DNA of 33,364 nt. It comes from an uncultured Ectothiorhodospiraceae bacterium. Lineage in GTDB: Bacteria; Pseudomonadota; Gammaproteobacteria; SZUA-152. Location: the NCBI GenBank assembly GCA_964614545.1, contig CAZTPE010000002.1, positions 1 to 33,364 on the forward strand. The letters are read 5' to 3'. The notes below the pieces were generated by a model. It did not search any database and was not told the origin of the DNA. It worked only from the letters and a program-made list of their open reading frames with translations. Positions 1 through 7,913 of the stretch are shown piece after piece. The position numbers and the translations under genes were made by a program. Position 1 is the first letter of the stretch; the number at the start of each line of letters is the position of its first letter.

Positions 1-1196
1 CCGCGCGCGGGCGCCCCACTCTTAAGGTGGCCGGTATCCAGGGCGACGGTCATGTCGGCGATGAAGCTGTCCACTGTTTCTCCCGAACGGTGTGAAACAA
101 AAGCGCCCCAGCCGTGATTGCGAGCCAGTCGCGTGGCGGCAATGGTCTCCGTCAGGGTGCCGATCTGGTTGAGTTTGATAAGCACGGCGTTGGCGATCTT
201 GTCTTTGATACCCCGGGCAATAATCTCCGGGTTGGTGCAGAACACATCGTCACCCACCAATTCGATACGTTCACCCAGTTCAGCAAAATGAATCTTCCAG
301 CCCGACCAGTCGTCCTGTGCCATGCCGTCTTCCAGCAACACCAGTGGATAGCGGTCGATTAGCTTCGCGTAATAGGCCGTCATCGCAGCGGAGTCCAGGC
401 TACGATTCTCACTCCGTAAGTGATACTCGCCGTTTTCATAAAACTCGCTGGAGGCCGGATCACAAGCAATGCCCACATCCACTCCCGGTCTCAGGCCCGC
501 ACTGCGAATCGCCTGAACGATCAGTTCAAAAGGCTCTTCGTTGGATGATACCTGCGGCGCAAAACCACCTTCATCGCCGACACCGACGGAAAGGCCTTTT
601 TTTTCCAGTAATGCCTGCAATGCATGATAGACCTCGCTGCCCCATTCAAGGGCCTGGCGGAAACTGTCTGCGCCAAAGGGAGCAATCATGAATTCCTGAA
701 AGTCCGCCCCCTGCCAGTGGGCGTGAACGCCACCATTGAGAATATTCATGTGTGGCACCGGCAGGCGCGTGGCGCCCGGGCCACCGAGGTACTGGTATAA
801 CGGCAATTTGCTGGCAGCAGCGGCCGCGCGCGCCACGGCCAGGGAGACACCCAGGATGGCATTGGCGCCCAGACATGCCTTGTTCGGCGTCCCGTCCAGC
901 GCAATCATGGTCTGGTCGATCACGGCCTGCCGCCGTGCATCCATGCCCTGGAGTTCTGACGCGATGACCTCGTTGATGTTGGTGACCGCCTGCAAGACAC
1001 CTTTACCGCGAAAGCGTTTGGCATCACCGTCACGCAGTTCTACCGCCTCGCGGCTGCCGGTCGAGGCCCCGGAAGGTACGGCGGCACGGGCGCAGGTGCC
1101 ATCCTGAAGCTCGCATTCCACCTCCACGGTGGGGTTGCCGCGGGAATCGAGGATTTCACGGCCAACCAGTGACTGAATATCGAAGGAACGATTCAT
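1..1196 (-). CDS. eno: Enolase (phosphopyruvate hydratase). 5' part only; the C-terminus lies beyond the window edge.
   Basis: This ORF is not in the supplied track because it runs off the window. My reverse-strand translation from the ATG at 1196..1194 gives MNRSFDIQSLVGREILDSRGNPTVEVE...PSGASTGSREAVELRDGD...NILNGGVHA...DFQEFMIAP...GDEGGFAP...LVGDDVFCTNP...LIKLNQIGTLTET...SHRSGETVDSFIADMTVA. These are classic enolase motifs. The ATG overlaps the upstream gene's TGA (ATGA at 1193-1196). Confidence 0.9.
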   Translation of the reverse strand, partial: MNRSFDIQSLVGREILDSRGNPTVEVECELQDGTCARAAVPSGASTGSREAVELRDGDAKRFRGKGVLQAVTNINEVIASELQGMDARRQAVIDQTMIALDGTPNKACLGANAILGVSLAVARAAAAASKLPLYQYLGGPGATRLPVPHMNILNGGVHAHWQGADFQEFMIAPFGADSFRQALEWGSEVYHALQALLEKKGLSVGVGDEGGFAPQVSSNEEPFELIVQAIRSAGLRPGVDVGIACDPASSEFYENGEYHLRSENRSLDSAAMTAYYAKLIDRYPLVLLEDGMAQDDWSGWKIHFAELGERIELVGDDVFCTNPEIIARGIKDKIANAVLIKLNQIGTLTETIAATRLARNHGWGAFVSHRSGETVDSFIADMTVALDTGHLKSGAPAR

Positions 1197-1741
1197 TGTT
1201 GTTCACCTTTACGCAACATCCAACCAATAGTGACCAATGCCCAACCATCGAACAGCAGGCTGATGCCGACATACAGCCCCACCAGCCACAGGGACGTGGT
1301 TGGCCAGCCGATCAGAAACAGGGTGGCCAGCAGGGCCGAGATGACACCATTGAAGGTCATCCAACCCCAGCCCTTGGCGGGATGGATTGACTGGGCAAGG
1401 GTGAAGCTGCCAAAGGCATCCAGTAACAGATAAAGTGCCAGCAACAGACCCACCGCCTCCACGCCGGAAATAGGATAGAACAACAACAGGCCACCGGTTA
1501 TAAGCAGCAAGGTCGGCTTGAGCCAGTCCATGACGCTCTTCGGACTATATTTATAGGTGTGAATGGCCCAGAAGACACCGCCGATGAGCAGCAGCCAGGT
1601 GACGAAGATACTGGTCGCCAGGGACATCAAGACAGGAAATGCAATGCCAACGATACCCAGAATAATCAGCAGAACACCCGTCACCAAGGTATAGGGACCA
1701 AATTTTTTGAACACATTTTTATCAACGGGTAGAATATTCAT
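1193..1741 (-). CDS. HdeD-family (DUF308) integral membrane protein
   Basis: ORF 1193..1786. The first codon of the tracked ORF is GTG; I prefer the ATG at 1741 (MNILPVDKNVFKKFG...). The protein has six hydrophobic segments with repeated G-x-L-L-I-x-x-G spacing (TGVLLIILGIVGIAFP, LLLIGGVFW, LLITGGLLLFYP), typical of HdeD/DUF308. It resembles E. coli HdeD in architecture. Confidence 0.7.
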   Translation of the reverse strand: MNILPVDKNVFKKFGPYTLVTGVLLIILGIVGIAFPVLMSLATSIFVTWLLLIGGVFWAIHTYKYSPKSVMDWLKPTLLLITGGLLLFYPISGVEAVGLLLALYLLLDAFGSFTLAQSIHPAKGWGWMTFNGVISALLATLFLIGWPTTSLWLVGLYVGISLLFDGWALVTIGWMLRKGEQQ

Positions 1742-1846
1742 TTTAATCTCTGAGAGTTCAATTCCCCGCAGCTCAGCTAAATGCACCTACTTTTGGTACT
1801 TCTGCGGGGGTGTGTATTTATCTCGGTTTCCAGATTCAGAAACAGC

Positions 1847-2281
1847 TCAATTATGTTCTACCGACATGACGATACCATTTTTCGTCATGATTCTGACGTG
1901 CTGCCCAACAGCAAATTGCTGGCCTTTGGCAATAACAACAACCGAGTCGCCGTTATCCAGATCAACCATCAGCTCCTGTGCATTCGCCTTGCCAGCTTCA
2001 TTGCCGGCATAAGCACCCAGCAATCCGCCAGCCAGTGTTGCCAGCGTATTACCGCGCCCCCGGCCCATAGTCGATCCGAGCACAGCGCCCGTGATGGCGC
2101 CCAGAAAACCGCCCGTTCCACTATCCTTGATGATGACAGGCTTGATGTCTGTAATCCTGCCGTCTTCATAGTGCATGAGGTAGGCCGTTGATTCAGGGCT
2201 GACCTCACTTATCCCGCTGGTAGCACATGCACCCAGAGTCAGTAGCATCATGATCAGGGTAACGGAAAATAGTCTACTCAT
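1847..2281 (-). CDS. Glycine-zipper outer-membrane lipoprotein (SlyB/Pcp-like)
   Basis: 144 aa. Signal peptide plus lipobox LTLGAC. Glycine-zipper segment GGFLGAITGAVLGSTMGRGRGNTLATLAGGLLGAYAG. ATG start preceded by GAGAGGA. Confidence 0.7.
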   Translation of the reverse strand: MSRLFSVTLIMMLLTLGACATSGISEVSPESTAYLMHYEDGRITDIKPVIIKDSGTGGFLGAITGAVLGSTMGRGRGNTLATLAGGLLGAYAGNEAGKANAQELMVDLDNGDSVVVIAKGQQFAVGQHVRIMTKNGIVMSVEHN

Positions 2282-2322
2282 AACATCCTCTCACCATAAT
2301 TAAGTTGTACTCCGCCTGTTGT

Positions 2323-2358
2323 CGATCACCGATGGTGATCGGGTTCAGAGACCCGATC
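2323..2358 (-). other. Two overlapping, mutually exclusive 8-bp hairpins in the BON / lipoprotein spacer
   Basis: Hairpin A: cgatcacc (2323-2330) / gat / ggtgatcg (2334-2341). Hairpin B: gatcgggt (2337-2344) / tcagag / acccgatc (2351-2358). Both stems are perfect and share 2337-2341. There is no U-tract on either strand. Three GATC sites lie in 36 nt. Confidence 0.3.
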
Positions 2359-2373
2359 CCGTCCAAACAAAGT

Positions 2374-3924
2374 TCAGCTGTTATCCCACAAATACGGATG
2401 CTCGTAGTATTTCCACATATGGTCAGGATAGTAGGTCGGATCCCATTGCCCGGGTATACTCTTGTCGAACCATTGATCCCATGGATAATTGGTACCATAA
2501 CTGGTCACCGTTAGTTGGTTGTCCACCGCCCAAATACCCGCGGTACGAAACGCGACACGACCAGCTTCGCGGCGTTCGGATCCGCTATCGACTTCCCCTT
2601 TCAGAGTAGCGATACCGTTGATTGTGCTGACCTTGATACCATTAAGTACGGGCCGGGTGGTCCAGTTCCAACGAAGATTGTTAATAACATCATCAGTCAG
2701 TGCCTGGTCACTCTTGATACTCGTTCGCAGGACAGCGATCCGATTGATGACCTGCTTGACACCAAGAACATCGGCCGCCACATTTCCAGCATGGTACTTT
2801 TCGAAGCTGTTGTTTACCTCACCGGTGAGACTAACCACGCCATTCTTGACCTTGCTCTTGAGCTGGAAGCCTTCCAACACATAATCCGTATTGAAATTAA
2901 AAGCGACATCATCCTCGATCAGCCAGTCGGAGCGGCTGGTACCACCAACCAATAGGTTATTAACCACCCAGCCCACACCAACCACGTTATTGGCATCCTG
3001 TCCGGCGATAAGCGCTTGATAGTAACTGTTGACGGTGCCATCCAGCGTAATAGACCCGAGGCTGGCACGAACAGTGATATCCGTGGCAACGACGTACGGA
3101 TCCTGATTCAGTTCGGCCCAGACGGCACGCTTCAATGCATCATCCGAAGGCCAGACTTTTTCCTTGCGCGCGCCGCGATTCTCCCAACCTTCGATCCTGA
3201 GATCGCTCACAACACCTTTAACATTCGAGATCAAGCGTACCTTCTGCATGGCGCGATCACCTTCGAAGACGCTACCGACCGAGCCCGTCAGGTTAACGAT
3301 GCCGTCATTGACGGAGACTACGATAGGCAGGCCGCTCAGATAGACATCACGTTGCAGTGCAGCGATAGCATCCTTTTTGATGGCCGGATCACTCCGCTTA
3401 ACCTGCCAGACAGCGACAAGATCATTCATCACCTGACTTACGCCACGAACCTCACTGGCCAGCAATCCAGCCTGTTGTACTTCCCCCCAGTCAGAGACTT
3501 CGCCTGAGAGGGTGACCCGGCCATTTTTGCTAGTAACTCTGATACCCTCCGATGTTATGACCGCGCTATCCAGAATACGGCGCTTTACTGCGTGCCTGAT
3601 ATCAGTATCCGAACGCCAGACAGGCATCACCACAATCTCATTAATGACGCCAAGAACACCGTTGATCTTCTTTGCTTCAAGATTGGCATATTGCTTCGCT
3701 GCCAGATTGTCCACACTGCCGGACAGAGTAACAATGCCCTGCTCGCTGGCCACACCAATCTTCGATGCATCCACGCGTGGATCAATGCGAAGGGAATCGC
3801 GCACCCAGTAGCTGATATCAACATCAGCCAGCTGTTCAGCGGCGAATAATGAGGTTGTTGTCAAAGAAGCCAACAGAATCACTATCACCATTATACCAAT
3901 TCCTTTTCTGTGCTTAATCATCAT
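2374..3924 (-). CDS. Secreted protein with six tandem BON domains (OsmY-like) and an aromatic-rich C-terminal tail
   Basis: ORF 2374..4005. Preferred start is ATG 3924 (MMIKHRKGIGIMVIVILLASLTTTSLFAAEQ, a signal peptide) with GAGGAAA 7 nt upstream. Six repeats of about 70 aa each end in a G-x-V-T/S-L-x-G-x-V...V-x-N-x-L/I pattern (GIVTLSGSV, GRVTLSGEV, GIVNLTGSV, GSITLDGTV, GVVSLTGEV, GIATLKGEV), which is the BON domain signature. Confidence 0.85.
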   Translation of the reverse strand: MMIKHRKGIGIMVIVILLASLTTTSLFAAEQLADVDISYWVRDSLRIDPRVDASKIGVASEQGIVTLSGSVDNLAAKQYANLEAKKINGVLGVINEIVVMPVWRSDTDIRHAVKRRILDSAVITSEGIRVTSKNGRVTLSGEVSDWGEVQQAGLLASEVRGVSQVMNDLVAVWQVKRSDPAIKKDAIAALQRDVYLSGLPIVVSVNDGIVNLTGSVGSVFEGDRAMQKVRLISNVKGVVSDLRIEGWENRGARKEKVWPSDDALKRAVWAELNQDPYVVATDITVRASLGSITLDGTVNSYYQALIAGQDANNVVGVGWVVNNLLVGGTSRSDWLIEDDVAFNFNTDYVLEGFQLKSKVKNGVVSLTGEVNNSFEKYHAGNVAADVLGVKQVINRIAVLRTSIKSDQALTDDVINNLRWNWTTRPVLNGIKVSTINGIATLKGEVDSGSERREAGRVAFRTAGIWAVDNQLTVTSYGTNYPWDQWFDKSIPGQWDPTYYPDHMWKYYEHPYLWDNS

Positions 3925-4059
3925 GCGTATTTCCTCTGATTTTCTCAAAAAACCAAACTTTTCATTTAGTTGTGTATTCGAGAGACACTTACTTTGAAAA
4001 TACAATTTCGGTTAAACCTCTCGCTTGCATGCATGCTAGTCTCGTCAGGGTCGGAGGGA

Positions 4060-4137
4060 TGTAACCCTAGTTACAGTCAGGTAATTTTCTGTAGCATTGG
4101 TAACTCTGTCTGTGATTTTTCTGTAGCAAAATCACAG
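4060..4137. promoter_or_regulatory. Cluster of dyad and direct repeats in the AT-rich region upstream of the BON gene (candidate operator sites)
   Basis: Three elements. TGTAAC-ccta-GTTACA at 4060-4075. A 12-nt direct repeat ttttctgtagca at 4085-4096 and 4117-4128 (32-nt period). A perfect 10-bp inverted repeat ctgtgatttt (4110-4119) / aaaatcacag (4128-4137). Confidence 0.3.
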
Positions 4138-4354
4138 AATCCTGTCAGGCGAAAGGAACCAACTCGGAGGAAGGACATTTTGGATTAAAATTTTCGATCG
4201 TTCGCGGCGAATAGCAATCGCTGCTTTAACGGATAATGATCGAAAATAAATCTGACCGACATGGATTATCTTCAGCAGATATCTCAAAAATCCAACAGGC
4301 ACCTGATCACGACAACTTCTGACCAGGCCGGAGCCGGTATGTGTGTTCACCTGG

Positions 4355-6793
4355 CTATCCATCAGAGCGCTCCCGCAGGCGCTGTTCCACCTCTAGCACA
4401 TGACGTGTTGTGGTAAGTACTGTGTCCGGATTGAGGCTCATGGAGTCAATGCCGATTTCCACCAGATACTCAGCCATCTCGGGATAGTCCGATGGCGCCT
4501 GCCCACACAGCCCAGAATGGCGGCCGTTGCGCTTGGCTCCTGTCACCGCCAGGCGGATCATCTCTTTTACACCGGGATCACGTTCATCAAAATCAAAGGC
4601 GACAATTTCCGAATCACGATCGACACCAAGGGTCAACTGAGTGAGGTCATTGGAACCGATGGAAAAGCCGTCAAACAGCTCGGAAAACTCATCAATGAGG
4701 ATGACGTTATTGGGAATCTCACACATGACGTAAACCTCAAGACCGTTTTCACCGCGCGCTAGACCGTTGGCGGCCATGGCCTCCAATACCCTTTCTCCCT
4801 CTTCTACCCGTCGGCAGAATGGAATCATCAATTTGACGTTAGTCAGACCCATATCATCACGCACCCGCTTCATGGCCATGCACTCCAGGGCAAAGCCCTC
4901 GGCATAAGCAGGGTGCGCGTAACGGGATGCACCACGAAAACCGATCATCGGATTATCTTCTTCCGGCTCAAAAAAAGCACCGCCCAGCAAGGTTGCATAT
5001 TCATTACTCTTAAAGTCACTCATGCGGACCACACAGGGTTTGGGATAAACCGCAGCGGCAATCGTGGCGACACCCTCAGCAAGAGTTTTAATGAAAAAGT
5101 CTTCAGGATCATCATGGGCGATACTGATGACCGCGATCTTCTCACGGGTCTCATCATCCACCTTTTCCGGGTGTTTGAGCGCCATCGGGTGAACCTTGAT
5201 GTATTCATTGATAATAAATTCCATCCGCGCCAGGCCGATGCCATCCACAGGCAGTGAGGCGAGGCTGAATGCCTGATCCGGATTACCCAGATTCATCATT
5301 ATCTCGGTGTTGGGTTTCCCCAGTTGACTGAGATCCGTCTGCTGAATTTCAAAATCCAGAATACCTTCATAGACATTGCCGGTTTCGCCTTCGGCACAAC
5401 TGACGGTGATTTCCTGCCCGTTTCTCAATAACTCGGTCGCACGCCCGGATCCAACAATGGCGGGAATTCCCAGTTCACGTGAAACGATAGCGGCGTGGCA
5501 GGTACGGCCACCACGATTAGTAACGATCGCGGCTGCCGTTTTCATCACCGGCTCCCAGTCCGGTGTCGTGGTATCGGCCACCAGGATTTCTCCCGGCTGA
5601 AAGTCGTTAAGATATTTAACCTCAGTGATGGCACGTACTTTTCCGCTGCCAATTTTGGTACCAACGGCTCGACCCTGGAGAACAACACGGGATCTTTCAT
5701 TCAGGTGATATATTTCAAGCACGCTGCCTTTTTTTTGCGATGCCACCGTCTCCGGTCTTGCCTGCACCATGTACAGTTGTCCGTCATTGCCATCCTTTGC
5801 CCACTCCATATCCATGGGCTTATAAAATCCGGCTTTCTGTGAATAATGTTTTTCCACACGAATGGCATAATCCGCAAGCACCATGATATCCACATCGGTG
5901 ATACAGAAGTGATTTCTTTCCTCGTTAGTGGTGTCAATATTTCGGGTATACTCCACAGCGATGTTGCCGGTATTGAGGGTATCGGTAAAAATCATCTTCT
6001 TTTCTTTTTTTCCCAGGCGGCGTTTCAGAACGGCCCGATAATTCTTTTCAAATGTGGGTTTGTGCACATAGAAACTGTCGGGATCAATCGTTCCCTGCAC
6101 CACATTTTCACCAAGCCCCAGTGCGGCATTGATAAAAACGACATCCTTGAAGCCGGTTTCTGTGTCCAGCGAAAACATTACGCCGCTGGCCCCCAAATCA
6201 CTGCGCACCATTTTCATCACAACAACAGAAAGGTAGACTTTGTAGTAGTCAAAACCATTATCGTATTTATAGTGAATGGAGCGGTCAGTAAAATTGGAGG
6301 CCAAGCAGCGTTTATAGGCATCAAGCAGTGCATCCACATTGCTGACATTGAGGTAAGTATCATTTTGTCCGGCAAAGGAGGCCTCTGGTGAGTCCTCCGC
6401 CGTGGCCGATGAGCGCACTGCCACGGAAAAATTCTCGCCGTATTCCCGCTTTAATCGCTCATAGCCTTGAGAAATTTCCGCTTTCAGATCATCCGGCAAT
6501 ACACAGCCATCGACGATCGTCCTGGCTGTTTCACCGCGAGCCTGCAAGTCCTTAATATTATCCGGGTCCAGGCCATCAAGTGCCTTATGTAATAACGGCC
6601 AGGCATTGTTGTGATCAAGTACATAACGATATGCCGTTGCGGTAATGGCAAATCCATTGGGAACTCGCACGCCTTCTGAACGCAGGTTTTGATACATTTC
6701 CCCCAACGAGGCATTCTTGCCGCCAACCAGTGGTACATCATCAATACTCATTTCAGAAAACCAGCGAATATATTGATCAGATCCATTACTCAT
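4355..6793 (-). CDS. ppsA: Phosphoenolpyruvate synthase (pyruvate, water dikinase)
   Basis: 812 aa. N-terminus IRWFSEMSIDDVPLVGGKNASLGEMY. Phospho-His loop GGRTCHAAIVSRELGIPA. C-terminal PEP-utilising motif GSNDLTQLTLGVDRD. AGGAGA SD upstream of ATG 6793. Confidence 0.95.
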   Translation of the reverse strand: MSNGSDQYIRWFSEMSIDDVPLVGGKNASLGEMYQNLRSEGVRVPNGFAITATAYRYVLDHNNAWPLLHKALDGLDPDNIKDLQARGETARTIVDGCVLPDDLKAEISQGYERLKREYGENFSVAVRSSATAEDSPEASFAGQNDTYLNVSNVDALLDAYKRCLASNFTDRSIHYKYDNGFDYYKVYLSVVVMKMVRSDLGASGVMFSLDTETGFKDVVFINAALGLGENVVQGTIDPDSFYVHKPTFEKNYRAVLKRRLGKKEKKMIFTDTLNTGNIAVEYTRNIDTTNEERNHFCITDVDIMVLADYAIRVEKHYSQKAGFYKPMDMEWAKDGNDGQLYMVQARPETVASQKKGSVLEIYHLNERSRVVLQGRAVGTKIGSGKVRAITEVKYLNDFQPGEILVADTTTPDWEPVMKTAAAIVTNRGGRTCHAAIVSRELGIPAIVGSGRATELLRNGQEITVSCAEGETGNVYEGILDFEIQQTDLSQLGKPNTEIMMNLGNPDQAFSLASLPVDGIGLARMEFIINEYIKVHPMALKHPEKVDDETREKIAVISIAHDDPEDFFIKTLAEGVATIAAAVYPKPCVVRMSDFKSNEYATLLGGAFFEPEEDNPMIGFRGASRYAHPAYAEGFALECMAMKRVRDDMGLTNVKLMIPFCRRVEEGERVLEAMAANGLARGENGLEVYVMCEIPNNVILIDEFSELFDGFSIGSNDLTQLTLGVDRDSEIVAFDFDERDPGVKEMIRLAVTGAKRNGRHSGLCGQAPSDYPEMAEYLVEIGIDSMSLNPDTVLTTTRHVLEVEQRLRERSDG

Positions 6794-6811
6794 GTTGTCT
6801 GTCTCCTGTGA

Positions 6812-7093
6812 TTACTCAAGGTGTTCGACCAGTTTTTCCAGCCGCTTGGCGACAATATCCCAAATCACCATTGGGCCACCTTCCTTTGCCCATTCCTCTG
6901 CGGACAGTGCCTTGATCTCATCGAGGTGGCCCGCCAGCTTGTTACGTTCCTGTTTCAGGCCAGATAGTTCAGACTGGTGTTCCACCTTCTGAAAATACGT
7001 TTTGCTCGCACGCGCGATGAGTTCATCAATATGTTTCAGACGTGACTCATACTCTCTGACATGAGATTCAACTAATTGTTCTTCATTGGTCAT
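6812..7093 (-). CDS. Small hypothetical coiled-coil protein
   Basis: ORF 6812..7171. Preferred ATG is 7093 (MTNEEQLVESHVREYESRLKHIDELI...) with GAGGAG SD. The sequence is heptad-like and charged. It lies 18 nt upstream of ppsA. I recognise no family. Confidence 0.5.
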   Translation of the reverse strand: MTNEEQLVESHVREYESRLKHIDELIARASKTYFQKVEHQSELSGLKQERNKLAGHLDEIKALSAEEWAKEGGPMVIWDIVAKRLEKLVEHLE

Positions 7094-7170
7094 TGTTTTC
7101 TCCTCAGTATGATTGAGAGGTTGACGATCACTCATGGGACATCTAACAATTCCAGCATGTGGCAGATCCA

Positions 7171-7198
7171 TATTTAATAAACCTGATCGATTACCAGG
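7171..7198 (-). terminator. Weak candidate intrinsic terminator or attenuator after the DUF1003 gene
   Basis: On the minus strand: cctggt-aatcg-atcagg (6-bp stem including one G.U; plus-strand coordinates 7182-7198), followed by TTTATTAAATA (7171-7181). Confidence 0.25.
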
Positions 7199-7205
7199 GA
7201 AAAGG

Positions 7206-7913
7206 TCAGCTCACTTTGTCATGCAGTTCATTCAACATCTCCATCTGTATCTGCTGAACTTCCATGAAACGTCGCATCTCCTGATGTAGCAGCTGGTCGA
7301 GTTTTTCATTGATGAGGCGAACTTCCATTTCGGATTTCAGATTCACCTGATAGTCATTTTCTGCACGAATACGGTCGCGGTCTTCCTGCCGGTTCTGGCT
7401 CATCATGATAATCGGGGCCTGGATTGCCGCCAGAAACGAGAGCATGAGATTGAGCAGAATGAAGGGATAAGGATCAAATGGCCCGGTAAATGCGAGCACC
7501 GTATTGATGACTATCCATGCAGCGAGAAAGATGCAGAACCAGATAATAAACCGCCAGCTGCCGCCAAATTCAGCCACTTTGTCAGCGAAGCGATCACCAA
7601 AGGTCAGGGTCTGTTCGTATTCCTCATTAAGGTTTTCGGAAAGCAGGGCATTGTCCTGCAGACTCGACACAACCTCCTTCTCCAGCTCATCCAGTTCACC
7701 CAGATCCTTCTCCATCAACTGCCGCACATAGTCGGTGCGATACCGGTTTAGGCACGCAAAACAGATCTGGCCGCTATCCTTCCAGTCGGGGTGGTCCTCA
7801 CGGATCAGACTCAACACACCACCCCTGACCATTCTTGCCGGCAGTAGCTGACTCATCGGTTTATCTTGTCGGCAAACCTGGCAGATTCCGATATGTGACT
7901 TATCAAGACTCAT
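7206..7913 (-). CDS. DUF1003 family membrane protein with N-terminal CxxC...CxxC zinc-ribbon-like module
   Basis: 235 aa. N-terminus has CQVCRQDK...CFACLNRY. The DUF1003 core is FGDRFADKVAEFGGSWRFIIWFCIFLAAWIVINT...FDPYPFILLNLMLSFLAAIQAPIIMMSQNRQEDRDR...DYQVNLKSEMEV. Its ATG overlaps the E2 stop (ATGA, 7910-7913). Confidence 0.8.
   Translation of the reverse strand: MSLDKSHIGICQVCRQDKPMSQLLPARMVRGGVLSLIREDHPDWKDSGQICFACLNRYRTDYVRQLMEKDLGELDELEKEVVSSLQDNALLSENLNEEYEQTLTFGDRFADKVAEFGGSWRFIIWFCIFLAAWIVINTVLAFTGPFDPYPFILLNLMLSFLAAIQAPIIMMSQNRQEDRDRIRAENDYQVNLKSEMEVRLINEKLDQLLHQEMRRFMEVQQIQMEMLNELHDKVS

Noticed and set aside
3970-4362. Small ORFs 3970..4188 (+, 72 aa) and 4132..4362 (-, 76 aa) in the AT-rich intergenic region
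   Set aside because: Neither has an SD or family features. The composition is odd (Cys/Ser/Arg-rich). One overlaps the ppsA 3' end. The region is better explained as regulatory DNA. I cannot exclude a small protein without Ribo-seq.
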